A stretch of DNA of 64,000 bases, taken from Octopus vulgaris (Eukaryota). The number at the start of each line of letters is the position of its first letter. The stretch's first letter is position 1. The stretch covers positions 98,084,001-98,148,000 of the forward strand of contig OX597821.1 of assembly GCA_951406725.2 (NCBI GenBank), written 5' to 3'. The notes beneath the pieces were generated by a model, which was given only the letters and a program-made list of their open reading frames with translations, did no database searches and was not told the origin of the DNA. Positions 1-12,912 of the stretch are shown in pieces. A program made the translations under genes and the position numbers.

Positions 1-71
1 GTTGCAACTGTTATTTTTACAGTTGCCACACTTGTTGCGACAGCTGTCTCCATATGTTCCACTCTTACATC
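1..71 (-). CDS. Exon (partial, runs off window) encoding a MEGF10/SREC-type EGF-like repeat of a kringle-EGF extracellular protein
   Basis: Minus strand acceptor tgtttctatttttgcag|GA, then CKSGTYGDSCRNKCGNCKNNSCN. The Cys spacing is EGF/laminin-EGF type and phase 1 matches the upstream exon. Confidence 0.9.
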
Positions 72-599
72 CTGCAAAAATAGAAACACACAATTCAGCA
101 GAAATAGAATCAGCGATACATGTAATTACACTCATTTATTAATGTGTATAAGCATATGTTATTTTTTTTGTTTGGTATTGTTACTGCTATTTTTTCTGCC
201 CTATCAATCATCTACCTTTCCCAATCACATCGCATTGGTCATCCCCAACCATTCACTACAGGCACCCTTCAATCCTACCCAATCTTTACAGTTGTCACCT
301 ACTTTTGTTCCCCTCACTAATTCCCCCATCTTTCACACCCTTATACTCTCCTCCAATCTCCACCCACTTACATTATGGGGGATCTCTATCCCCACTCACT
401 TTTACTTATCTCACACCTTGAATTCCATCCACACACCTCATCACCACAAATTTTTTTATCTCTTTCCAGCTCCATTTAATCACTCCAACTATCTCTTCTA
501 AAGTATGACTAGTTATGTAGCTCCCCTACAAGAAACCTCTTCTGCTCTGGTTCCTTCTCTCATACTTTAACCCTCTCATCTAGCATAAAACTGCTTCTC

Positions 600-826
600 T
601 TGAGGTTTGTAGTCTTGCAAGTTGTGTGGTGACCACACGTGTGTTGGTTGCATGAAAAAACTCCCAGTTCACACAGTAAAGTGATTGCTGTTAGGAAAGG
701 TATCCAGCTATAGATGCCATGCCAACATAGACACTACAGTATGGTGCAGTCCTTGGGCCTATCAAATCCTGTCAAACCATCCAACCCGTGCCAGCATGGA
801 ACATGGACATTAGATGTTGATGACGA
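600..826 (+). mobile_element. Degenerate 3' tail of RTE-type LINE
   Basis: Similar to 33170-33325: ttaggaaaggtatccagct...ccatccaacccgtgccagcatggaa...gatgttgatgac tail. Confidence 0.7.
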
Positions 827-1070
827 TATTTATGTCCTTATTTTTAGCACTAAGCTCATTCCTATTACTTGATGTATATCTATCCAATGTTTCTTTTATT
901 TTTGGATGGGCTGGTAGAGAAGGCCAATGAAAAACTCACTATTGGTTTAGTAATGTCATTTTTACCATATGCCTTTAGAGCAAATCCAAGTGCAGTTATG
1001 TGTGCCATGGATAAGGTTAGTACTTTGTTTTGTACTGTTATTATTATTTCTTATTATTAGTAACCCTTTG

Positions 1071-1225
1071 AAGGTGGTGAGCTGGCAGAACTGCTAGCAC
1101 ACCAGATAAAATTCCCAGCAGCATTCCGCTTGTCTTTGCATTCTGAGCTCAAATGCTGCCTTTTCAAGGTCAATAAAATAAGTGTCAGTCAAGTACTGGG
1201 GTCAATGTAATTGACTACCCCCTCG
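1071..1225 (+). mobile_element. SINE type C (ggtgagctggcagaa head), degenerate
   Basis: Matches the copies at 61728 and 39162. Confidence 0.7.
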
Positions 1226-2363
1226 AAAACTGCGGACTCTTCAAGAACTGTTGGCCCTGCTGACCCTTTGCCTTCTAAGTTCAAATCTTGCCCAAGTCAA
1301 TATAATCAACTTTATCTTAGCAGGCAGAGCTGCAGCATGGTTGCAGACCAATGACTGAGACTACTAAAGGAAATAAAAGTATATATGTATGAGAGTATAA
1401 AAAAGGCATGGATGTATGTTTAGTTCAAATCTTTGTGAGGTTGAAGGCAATAAATTGGCAGTGTCTTTTAAGTGTTAGACAGACTAGGTTGAGACATGTG
1501 ATCCAACTCTGAGCACTCAGAGTTCAAATTCCACTGCAGTCAATTTTGCTTTTCATCCTTTTGGGATCAATAAAAATGTACCAATATAAGAGTAGTAGAT
1601 TTATAGAACTGTTAAAGCCATCAGGTAAGATAGCTTGCAGTAATTGTTTTAAGTATGTACATTTTGATGGCATTGCCTACAACACCACTAGTTCTGAGTA
1701 TGTGACACTGTTCTGAGTATGAGCATTTTGATGGCATTGCCTACAATGACACTGGTGCCAAACTGTATTGGCCATAAAGCAACAGCCATTCCCTTGAACA
1801 GCATTGATAGCATAAAGAAAGCAGTCTTGCATGTACAGGCTACTGCCAGTCTTCTGCATATACATACAGGTGCAGACACATGGTCAAGCTTGACTATTGG
1901 AGCCTCATTCTTTGCCAAAGTTGTCTGTCTTCCATCATTCCAGGATTGATAAAGTAAATATGAGTGTACACAATCAACTGTACACTTAAAGATGGTGACT
2001 CAGTATATAACCACAAACTAATCACTGCATCAGGAGAAAAAGCATTCATTCATTTGATGTCTATTTCTCCATACTCACATGGGGTTTAAAGAAGGAGAGG
2101 CAAGCTTTTATGACCAAATGCTCTTTCTGTTGTCAACCTTTACCTGTTTTCTAGTAAGAGAATTTTTTTTTTAATTCCAGAGTTCTTGAAAGCATAGAGA
2201 ATCAATTATAAAGTCAAGAAGGAATGTCAACAACACCAGCACTTTCCACAACTGTGACAAGCATAAAATATTGTACATTCACTAGGTTATCAAATTTAGC
2301 ACTCCTCCACTGCTCCTTACCAGTTGCCCTCAAATTTGACCTGCATGTATGTGCATGTGTGTG

Positions 2364-2366
<3 letters not shown>

Positions 2367-2414
<48 letters not shown>
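2367..2414. repeat. (TA)n microsatellite
   Basis: Direct reading. Confidence 0.95.
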
Positions 2415-2415
<1 letters not shown>

Positions 2416-2418
<3 letters not shown>

Positions 2419-2880
2419 CACAGGCATGGCTGTGTGATAAGAAGCTTATTTCCCAGTCACATAGTTCCAGGTTCAGTCCCACTGTGTGGCACCTTGGACA
2501 AGTGTCTTCTACAATAGCCTTGGGCCAACCAAGGTCTGAATGGAAATGTGAAACTGAGTAATAGTTTTGTAAAGATTTTGCAGCTTTAATAAAAGCATAT
2601 TACTCTACCTTAGGTATTTGAGTACTATTTTTTTCCACCTTGTTCTGCATTTATGTGCATGTATATACGTATGTATGTATTTGTGTGTGTCTTTGTGTCT
2701 ATATTTGTTCCCCACAACTGCTGGACAACTTGGTGTGTTTACATCCCCATAACTTAGTAGTTTGGCAAAAGAGGCCGATAGAATAAGTGCTAGGCTTTGA
2801 AAACAATAATTCCTTTCAAGGCAGTGCCCCAGCATGGCTGCAGTCAAATTACAGAAATAAATAAAAGATACAAAGATAAT
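2416..2880 (+). mobile_element. Older SINE type A copy with a Penelope-like fragment (about 2534-2656) in its middle
   Basis: Head and tail match 3098-3543. The central part matches 35611-35742 instead. Confidence 0.75.
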
Positions 2881-2900
2881 ATAATGAAAGTACCACTTAC

Positions 2901-3032
2901 TTTTTTGGCAGTTGTTCCCAGTCCAGCCAGCAGCACAACCAGACTTACAGATACCATTTATATCACACTTGTCATTTTTTTTACAGTGACACTCATATTT
3001 GCATCCAATTCCAAACCAATATTGAGGACAAA
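2901..3032 (-). CDS. 132-nt exon, EGF-like repeat (MEGF10/SREC type)
   Basis: Acceptor ccttttgcag|TT and donor AAAA|gtaagt. Encodes (V)CPQYWFGIGCKYECHCKKNDKCDINGICKSGCAAGWTGNNCQK. Symmetric phase 1-1. Confidence 0.95.
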
Positions 3033-3097
3033 CTGCAAAAGGAACAATAAACAAATATTCTTTTAATCTTTAGTCCACAGTTTTGTATTTATGTACA

Positions 3098-3262
3098 GGC
3101 GCAGGAGCGGCTGTGTGGTAAGTAGCTTGCTAATCAACCACATGGTTCCAGGTTCAGTCCCACTGCGTGGCATCTTGGGCAAGTGTCTCCTGCTATAACC
3201 TCGGGCCGACCAAAGCCTTGTGGGTGGATTTGGTAGACAGAAACTGAAAAAAGCCTGTCGTA

Positions 3263-3327
<65 letters not shown>

Positions 3328-3543
3328 ATATGTTTGTGTGTCTGTGTTTGTCCCTCTAGCATTGCTTGACAACTAATGCTGGTGTATTTACATCTCCGTC
3401 ACTTAGCGGTTCGGCAAAAGAGACCGATAGAATAAGTACTGGGCTTACAAAGAATAAGTTCCGGGGTCGATTTGCTCGACTAAAGGCGGTGCTCCAGCAT
3501 GGCCGCAGTCAAATGACTGAAACGAGTAAAAGAGTAAAAGAGT
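3098..3543 (+). mobile_element. SINE type A: tRNA-like head, CORE-like segment, internal (TA)n(TG)n, CR1/L2-group-like tail ending (GTAAAAGA)n
   Basis: A-box-like ggctgtgtggtaag, B-box-like ggttcagtccc, and cttgggcaagt. Near-identical copies at 24031, 37297, 50504 and 51238. Confidence 0.92.
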
Positions 3544-3732
3544 ATGCATACAGAATTATATAAAAGAGATGAAACAAAGAATAAAAGAAATCCACCCACC
3601 CATGTGCATACGTATGTGTGTAAAAGCATCACTATCTTATGAAATTTGCTTCATAAACACAAAGTACTGGGTTTAATGTACTCAACTAACACCTCTCCCT
3701 AAAAGTTTTGGCCTTGTGTCAAGATTTGCAAC

Positions 3733-4258
3733 TATTATTTTTTTTTTAAACTCGGGTTCTATTCGAACTCCTGAAGTCTTCCAACCTGCAGCCTATGATA
3801 CCATGCTATTTCTTCTGTTCAACAATACTTTCCTGATGGCTGTACCAAGGAAGCAAATTTTTTGCAGCAGCTCTACTGGGCACCCTATTCTCATTTCCTT
3901 TATATTCTTCTCAATACTCTTTTGATACTGTCCTCAAAGCCCCAACAATAATTGGTACTATCTTCATCTTTTTCATCTTCCACAGTTGGGCAACTTCATA
4001 CTTAAGCAAGTTTAATATTTTTAACCTCTCTTCCTAAATATCCAGGGATCAAATGGGCACACAAAATCAATTATAGAGCACGTGGCTGACTTTGTCCACC
4101 ACCACTATATCTGGCTTGTGCTCAAACACCTGATCCATTTGGACTAGGGAATCCCGCAGGATTTTGCAAGTCTCCAACACAGTCACTCTCTGTGATTTGT
4201 GTTCATAAAATGTCTGGCCTCTCTCTAACCCCAATTTTTCAGTTTCTAATGCAGTACA
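3733..4258 (-). mobile_element. 5'-truncated R4/Dong-clade non-LTR retrotransposon (restriction-like endonuclease C-terminus)
   Basis: Minus translation across frameshifts: FYEHKSQRV...CKILRDSLVQMDQVFEHKPDIVVVDK...KIVPIIVGAL...VELLQKICFLGTAIRKVL. This matches the RPDIVVVD and LQKxxLLGTA motifs of R4/Dong. Confidence 0.85.
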
Positions 4259-4295
4259 TCATTATTATTATTATTGGTATTATTATTATTATTGG

Positions 4296-4329
<34 letters not shown>

Positions 4330-4828
4330 GCTATTATTATTGGTATTATTATTATTATTGCTATTATTATTATTGCTATTATTATTATTATTGCTAATAT
4401 TATTATTATTATTATTATTATTATTGCTATTATTATTATTATTATTATTATTGCTGAGGCGGTACCATGGCCAATGAGGTAAATCCGAGGCGTGGTTATT
4501 GCTAGTTGAAAATTATTATTATTATTGCTATTATTATTATTATTATTATTATTATTGCTATTATTATTCTTATTATTATTATTGCTATAATTCTTATTAT
4601 TGCTATTATTCTTATTATTATTATTATTGCTATTATTCTTATTATTATTATTGCTATTATTATTATTATTGCTATTATTATTATTGCTATTGTTATTATT
4701 ATTATTATTACTATTATTATTATTATTATTGCTATTATTATTATTATTACTATTATTATTGCTATTATTATTATTATTATTATTATATTATTGTTATTAT
4801 TATTGCTATTATTATTATTATTATTATA
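4259..4828. repeat. Long (ATT)n microsatellite with GCT/CTT/GGT variant triplets, interrupted at about 4456-4511
   Basis: Direct reading. It is the source of the poly-I/L/Y ORFs. Confidence 0.97.
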
Positions 4829-5890
4829 ATAAATTCAGAGTTACTGCTTTCTCAAAGGTGTTGTATGTCTGTATATACAACCAGATTTTTCAATTTCCAT
4901 CAACCAAATTCACTTGCCTAAGGTGTAATGCAATAGAACTGAACCCAAAACTATGTGGTTGGGCAACAAATTTCTTAAGCACACAGTCGTGCCTGTTTAT
5001 TGTGCTATCAGTACTAGAAGTACACAAATCTGACTAATACTCCCTGCTCCACAATAGTGGTATACTATTTTATAACTAGAATGACCATACGCTATACACT
5101 AGTAGTCCTTATTATTTAGTCCCAAATCACTTCTGATCAAGCAGACTTCTGATCAAAAATTCTAGCCATGACAATCCATCATTTTATATATCTCAAACTA
5201 CATAGTCCAATGAGCTCTTCCATTTTTAAGATGGTAGGACATTGTAAGAGAGATCTGACTAAATGAGAGACACTAATATTCTAGGGTGTTGCCCTTCAAG
5301 AGAGAATAGAATACAAAAGGCTGTACAAATATCTTTGTCTTAAACTTACTATTGAAGGGCAAGAACTCTACTGCTCACTGCAGTTAAATTATTTGCCACT
5401 CTAGGAATTCCATTTTTGGTTTATTGTTGCTAATCTCAACTGTCACCAGTTTCATCGGATTCTGGATATAATCTTTAACACCTAGTAAATTGTCTGGGTG
5501 GGAGGAGGGACTAACAAACAAAGCAGATAATTGCTGTTCCTGGTAAAGCTTTGTGCAAGGACATACAGATGTTTTATTAACAAGTGAACCAAGGAAATGT
5601 AGTTGCACACAAAATATTTAAATAGAATTGTTTTTTTTTTTTTGTTTTTTTAGAACAGATGCATGGTTTTGTACTCTGAATCTAATGCCATGTTAAATCA
5701 CATCACATTTCTCACATTACATATTATATGAAACAAAAGTATTTATTTTATTTTTTTAACAATTTATGTTTGAACAAATTCATTTACAAACTCCATCATA
5801 ATAGCAGCATAAACCATTACAAAGAAAAAACAAAATGAAATATGTGTGAATTGTAAAGTGATGGAAAAGAAAAAAGACTAAACTGCTTAC

Positions 5891-6130
5891 CACAAGATGT
5901 AATATTACAATCTTCATATTTAGATGATGCCACCATACACCAAGGGTTTGCAGCATAGTCAGCTGACATGTTTATATTGCGACAGTAGTTTTTTGGATAT
6001 TTTCCATCAGGGAACATATCTCGCCTCACTCCATGCTGGCCCTCCCAACTTAAACAAGGTTTGCCTGTCTTGGATTTAGCAACACTACCAGCATAGGTTA
6101 TGCCACGACTGTCATACATACACTTATTTT
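5891..6130 (-). CDS. 240-nt exon encoding one kringle domain
   Basis: Acceptor atttcttcag|AA and donor TGTG|gtaagc. Encodes NKCMYDSRGITYAGSVAKSKTGKPCLSW...KNYCRN...NPWC...YEDCNITSC, with six Cys and the kringle motifs YxG, GxxCxxW, NYCRN and PWC. Phase 1-1. Confidence 0.96.
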
Positions 6131-9100
6131 CTGAAGAAATAAGAATTCAAAGAGAGACAAATTATATAATGAACAAAAGGATTAATACAATACATGAGGA
6201 AATGTTTAAACAGAATCAAAAATAATTTTAGTGGATTACAACTCATTATATTAAAGTTGAAAGGAATAACAAAAAGAAAATAACATGAATTACAATATAC
6301 ATAAAGTGAGAATAAATAAACACCAAAATATCTATTTATGATGAAAATAGCATTTTTTTCCTTACTCTGCATGTTTGCTATTGCTACACTGTCCATACAC
6401 AACAGTAAAACTCTGCATACATTACTACTACAACACTATCCATATATACACTTCAAAGTGATTTAGTAAAAAGGAGAAATTAAGGAAGACAAAACAACTG
6501 AAATTAAGAAAGAGACAGAAGCAAAAGAGGGGAAGAAGAGAAGAGCAGCAAGTGATTAAATTAACTTTTATCATTATTCTTATTATTTAGTCTAAGGAAG
6601 AAGGGTTATCCTTAACGATGATGAAATCCTTTTGAGAATGGTAAAGTCAATATAATTTAGTCATTTTGGTCTTGGCACATTGTGTTCACAAACAGTCCAG
6701 AAATGACATGAGAAGACAATTTGTATGTAACTAACTCACCAATTTGGGACATATAACACACCAGTATGACTGGCATTAAAATGAAATGGTTAATGGCAGA
6801 AAAATTCACCTTAACATACTTTAAACAACTTACATAAGAAATACTGAATTCATTTCCCTACCTCCATTATAAAGGGAGTCTATTAAGAAATACTGAAGCT
6901 GAAACAAATCAACTATCATTGAATTATAGCGAATTTAGTGGGTTATCACAGCAAAATCATATAGACACTTTCTATGTCCATAACCTGATACTAACAACTT
7001 TCCTTTCAACTAGTAGATCATCCAGTTCTCTACCCATTAGCTTAATTGTGATTTTCTAATTGCCTTTTTTTTTTTTCAGGTCAGCCTTGATTTGGCAGAT
7101 CTTTAATCAAAGGTGTTCCAGCTATAACTTATTGGTCTCCCCCAGCAGCAAATGTATCAAAAACTAAAGTACAAGTAGACGTTAGAAATCATTATGCCAA
7201 GTATATGGAAACTGTTATTTACAATGAATACTATAATCATTGTGTTCCAATTATTTCCTGACATTGACCCAGTACTCAACTGGTACTTTATTTATTGATG
7301 AATGGCAAAGTCAATCCCAGTAGTATTTGAATGAAGAACAGAGGGACATGACCAAAAACTATGTTTTCCACATTGTTCTACCAATTCTGTCATACACTAG
7401 TCTTAATAACAAATATCTAAAGAGTTTCAGTTCTGCAAAAGGTTTGGATTGATGATAGGTTTAGTGAATGCATCAGATGGACTTGCGAAATAGCTTGGTA
7501 ATGTAGAAGATCAGAAACCATTGTTGCAATGGCAAGAGAGACAGAAAGAGGACAAGCATGCTAATGGGCCAGTGGTTATAGTGTACTAATGAGTAATGGC
7601 TTGCCAATTAGCAGGATGGACAATTTGTTATAGACCAACAACAGCAGCAACAAGTGCAACGTAATCACGCACTCACAGAAGTACATGGGATGCACCAGGA
7701 ACTCTCTAAAACAGCATATTTCCAATCATCTGTTCTCATTCAGAGTCCTGGAAAGGAGATATGTGACACCAGTGGCCAGCCATATCTGGCAATTATAAGA
7801 TGCCATACGTTGCAATGGAAAATACAGAACCCAGGCTGGCAATTATAAGATGAAGAGATTCCATCTGTATGTGACAATTATAAGATGAATGGCAATTATA
7901 TAATTGAGTCGATTGCATGGAAAATACTCGAGAACCCAGGCAGATCATTGCTTTGATTCACACTGGATTACCATACTCATGATAATCCAATGCTTTGTTG
8001 TGATAAAACTGTTATAGGGGTTTAAATTTCTAATTCATATTTAATACTAATTATTATACATACAACACATGTAACTGTTTCACTTCTCACTAAAACAATT
8101 CCATTTCACAAACTTTTATTTCAGCTTGTCAACCACAACCACAGAGCCTGTATGTGTATGGTTGCTTATAACAACATAAGCTCCTCCAATGAATTATATA
8201 ATTGTAGTCACTCTCATCACAAATCTAAACCATGCAAGGTTCTTTTTGTTTTTTTAAACATTTTCAAGAAGATACAAAAAATATTGGAAGTACTTTTAAA
8301 TATATAACCACCTGCAACCATTATTTTTCTTAACATCAATGAGGAAGATGGTAATGAATAAATTGAAATAACATTGTAATAGCTATAGGAAAGATTAAAA
8401 TAAATAAGTAGTAAAATAACTTAGATTGAAAGTGATTGAAATATGACTAGGGAAACAAAAGCATTAGTGAAATAACTTTAAAGCATTGAAAGTTATAAAA
8501 TAGTGAAAAAAAAATATTTGTTCTTCTGGCTATATATGAACAATATTGCCAATGAGAATAAAACAAGAGCAGGAGGAGGGTGACAAAGAATTTTAATGAT
8601 GAACATAGAGAAACAAAGAGAAGGAGGTGATTGTAGTGAACTTGTGGGATTTGAGCAAAGTCTTCAAAATGGAGAATAAAAGTAGAATTGTTATTAAAAT
8701 ATATTGAAATTGGAATTATAAAGATTTCCCCCATCATCTTTAGATTGATCAAAAAAGTTGCTTAGACATTTTTTGTTACATATATTGATATCCTTGTTTT
8801 AGATTACTGAATTATACATATATACTTTCTTTATCTTCCACTTTCTTAAGTTTATAGTTTAGACCTGCTCAATCTAAGTGGCGAAATAATTCACACAGCA
8901 GTTCAAAGTAAAACGAAACAGCAATTGATGTGTTAGTAGAGAAGGCTGGGAAGTTACATTTTTATCAGAAAGCAATAAATAACCAGTTTAAAATAATACT
9001 AATTCATTTTGAATGCTGCATGTAATTTTGCATGCAAATAATTTTGCTGTTGTGAAAATGAGAGAGAATAAACATACTTTCTACAGGAACTGGTAGAAAT

Positions 9101-9747
9101 GAGCTACTGTTTTGATTATTCATTCATTTATATACATACTTCATATGAAACTAGCTGAATTAAGAGTTCCATTTCAAGTAGGGATTCTGTTCATGCAATG
9201 AAAGTCAAAGGATGTGTAAACTGTAAGCTGCAATGGTTTGTGACTGTAAACTACAATGAATTGTGACAGTAAATTGTTTAAGCTGCAATGACTTGTTACT
9301 GTCAGTTGTGTAAGCTACATTAAGCTAGATAATGAATGGATGCACAATTGTGGGTGTAATAGTTGCACATCTATTTATGTATCAATGTTCATGCAACTTG
9401 TGAAGTTAGTTTACTCTGTGCAGAGAAATGAAAGACGTGAAGGCTGCAGAGAAAACCGGAAATGGCTTCTGGCTAACAAAACTGTTAATTCCTGTCTTAC
9501 TGTGTCTTAGTTTTCCACAGGACAACTTGAATGCCTGCAAGGTTACAGTACAATAGTCTTTATAAGAGTAGTTAGCAGAGTTGAGGTTGGTGAGGTGAAA
9601 GCTACAAAGAGCCAATGCTTGACACAGTGAGGGGCTTTAGTAAGTAAAATATGCACTTCTTTTTATAATCACTTATGATCATTGGAAAAGTCCATTATTT
9701 ATTTAGGTTATTTTCTTTTATCTTGACTTTTAATGCAGTAATATTAA

Positions 9748-9966
9748 CCCTTTAGTATTTAAACCGGCCATATCCGGCCAAAATAGTTAATCTGTTTTAT
9801 GTTCAAACTGACCAGATCCAGGCTCTCGCACCTACCCTACAATGTTATTCTACATTAAGTAATTACACCATCAAGATCTTGAAGATATGAGATAATGCAT
9901 GATTAATTCAAATCAATGGGAATCAATAAGCATTATGTTTGATAGAATAATCTGAACACTAAAGGG
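9748..9966. mobile_element. piggyBac-type MITE
   Basis: TTAA|CCCTTTAGT...ACTAAAGGG|TGAA. An inverted relative lies at 38653-38873. Confidence 0.85.
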
Positions 9967-11634
9967 TGAAAGAATGCCCAATCCAGACCAACACAATTCT
10001 GTGACATGAGACAGCTATTAAAATTAATTTTGATACAAAAGCTAACTTTTAGCACAATCCCTTTTCTAAAAGTTATGTACATGGATTATTTCACCATTGC
10101 TACATTAACAAATTTGCTGATGTAGTGCTGCTGTCAATTCTGCAGTCGACTAATACACATGGTGTTATTTGGTTAAAAAAAAACCAAAACAACTGCAAAC
10201 CAAATCTATCGGCATGAGTTCATATTGTTTAGCAGATTGAGAAAACAGTTACCTGAACCGTAAGTAATTCTCAGCTTACTTATTCTATCTTCTTCACAAG
10301 AATAATTCTAATAAATCTGTCTCAACGCAAAAAGAATTTAATTTAAAATATAAGCTATTCAATTACTGTTTTTCTAATACTGTATGTCTGTATACAATTG
10401 CTAGCAGAACTGCCATTTGCCTGATTTTACTTATACAACAGAAGAAAAAAATTCTTATTCCCTTTACAGCAGCTACTGTAACTCCCAGCTCCTTTACATA
10501 ATGTAAAGATGTGGGTTCTCAACTTAGCCATACAAGTCAACCAAACAAGCCCAATATTATACAAAGAGGATCCTGCGCTAGTCATGCAGACAACTAAGCT
10601 CTGCAAATTCAAGTGAAGACAGGCTGTCTAGGAAAGCTGGAACAGTTATAAAAAACAAATACAAGATAGAGTAGATACTGAATAAGGAATGCTTTTGTAT
10701 GCTCTGAGAGTAGCTACAACTAAACCATTATTCTCTGTTACATCTAGAAGAGCAGAAACTCTGGATAAAAACTATGTAAGATAAAGGAGACATACATTCT
10801 TCAACCTCTATATATAATCTTACTTTTGTTGTTCAGACTAACTCTTTACTCGTTATCTTAGACTTTTACTATTTCAATTTTTTTTACCTCTGACTTAAAA
10901 ATTGTACCCCTTTGGTCTTTGCTTCACTGTTGCATGCCTCCAAAAAAGGCTTTTCAACTATAGCATGCTTTTAGTGTAGGTACACACACACATACAAAGA
11001 ACACTGTTCACATTGCACACATATTCATCTCTCCACACCATCTTACACCACCTTTGGCCACACGCACAGTCTCACACATATGCTTTCACCTTATCTACTT
11101 AATTACATACACTTGCGAATACACTATCACCACTCTCATCCCCCCCAATAACCAATCCTACTAAATTTATTCACATACATCTACAGATGCAGACACTCTA
11201 CCAACACACATACCTACACCATGCCTTTATGTCCACCACCACCAGAAACATGAACTCTCAGAAACATGCATGTACACACCCAACTCACACCTTCCTTCTT
11301 TATCCTTGCTTCAGAGAACTGCTTTCTCCTTTTGGTTTTTAACCCTTCTCCTTCCTCCAATTAATTATTTAATTTTTTTTAAATCTTTTAGTTTAAAATA
11401 AATATTTTTTTTACTATTTACACAAACAGACTCTTTCTCTTTCCTTATCTTTCTCTTTTTTCTTTTTCTTCTGAAGGACTAACATTTGAAATGTCAACAT
11501 GCCCCATTCACATTGCAAGTACTCTTTTCAAGTGCTATTTGTCACACTGTAGTTTTAGTGTTACTCTTCCAAGGGATTTTTATCAATTTTTACTTTACAT
11601 TGAATGTGAGTGCATGTGAGTATCTATACATATA

Positions 11635-12535
11635 CCGTGGTGTACCCAAAAGAAACCAGAATTTTGCCATATTATTTCATTCACTGAGGTTTACAGATTT
11701 ACACTTTTTATCGTCTTCAAAGTATTCTCCATTTGAAGCACTGCATCAGTCCAGATGTGTTTTCCACTGTTTCCTCCATCATTTACTCTTCACCTTTTCC
11801 ATCATCGTCATCGTCGTCGTCATCATCATCATCCTGCAAATTCCATAGTACCAGCTTTCATCACCAGTGATGACCTTCAAAAAGAGGTCCGGATCAACTT
11901 CCAACTCTTCTTTCAGTTCACGACACGTATTCAGTCATGACTGCTTTTGATCTTCCGTGAGCAAGTGAAGCACAAATTTTTACTGCACCTCTTTTCATTC
12001 ACAATTCCCTGCTCAGAATTTCATTGACAGAAGCTTCAGGACACCAGTCATATCAACAAGTTCATCAGTTGTTCAGTGACTGTCCTTCAAAATCAGTTCA
12101 TAAATTTTTGTGATGTTTTCATTTGTTCGGGAGGTCAACAGTCAGTCGCCTTGAACGAAGCTGGTCTTCAAGCAACAAGTGACCATTCCTAAGTGTGAAA
12201 ATCACATGTAAACTTGTATTTTGTTCATAGTATCATTCTTGTAAGCTGTTTGAAGCATGACAACTATTTCAGCTGCTGTTTTCCCCAGCAGAAAAGAGAA
12301 TTTCATAGAAATACAGTTTTTTTGTTTTTTTTGCTTCAGCCATTGCAAAAATCAACATGGGAGAAGCACCACATAACAAAGACACACCATGTAGTAGTAC
12401 GACCTCACTTGACAACTCTGGTCACTAGACTGATGCCTGAGGATTATATGAAGTGGCCTCTAGCAGTGGAAGCCCAATCTACAATGGGCTTGTCCCACAG
12501 AGAACATTTCTGGTTACTTTTGGGTACCCCCTCGG
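11635..12535 (-). mobile_element. Internally deleted mariner-like element with both TIRs
   Basis: TIRs ccgtggtgtacccaaaagaaaccagaatt / atttctggttacttttgggtaccccctcgg. Minus translation gives MKFSFLLGKTAAEIVVMLQTAY...KVITGDESWYYG, then jumps to the C-terminal NGEYFEDD. Confidence 0.88.
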
Positions 12536-12539
12536 CTTC

Positions 12540-12912
12540 ATTTCCACACACGCCAGCTTAATTTAATTCGTCTTTAGTCGAAAGACACCTGTTGTTATTT
12601 TTTTATTTTTTTTATTGTATTTGTGTAACATTGTCCATTTTTTCTGTCCTGGTTTTTGTATACATTCGCTGCTTTCTTCCAAGGAATCTTATGCTCTTAG
12701 CTAAGTTTTTCCCTTGGGGCTGGCCAGAGTGGACCAATCTCATGTATAATCAGCCGAAATTGTGAAGATAATCTGGTACTTGACTGAGGAAAGAAAACTT
12801 TGAATGACCCGTCCTTGTTTTCTTTGTATCGTCTATCTGGATGTTTTGTTGTCCCATTTTTGTATCACCTAACTGTTCGGATGTTTTGCATTCTTGTCCC
12901 ATTTTGTATTTA
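12540..12912 (+). mobile_element. Probable Penelope-like retroelement terminal fragment
   Basis: T-rich segment with internal direct repeats, ending in (TA)n, with a degenerate ctgaggaa...gaat hammerhead-like motif near 12784. Confidence 0.4.

Noticed and set aside
3098-3170. tRNA genes
   Set aside because: The A/B-box sequences are SINE heads without a complete cloverleaf. No true tRNA or rRNA gene was seen.
4192-5037. Long poly-Ile/Leu/Tyr ORFs
   Set aside because: They are translations of the (ATT)n microsatellite. The same applies to the YI/HT/CV/ER-rich ORFs elsewhere in the track.
5350-5377. Possible small exon between the kringle and EGF exons
   Set aside because: It is 28 nt, which would shift the frame, and the polypyrimidine tract is poor.
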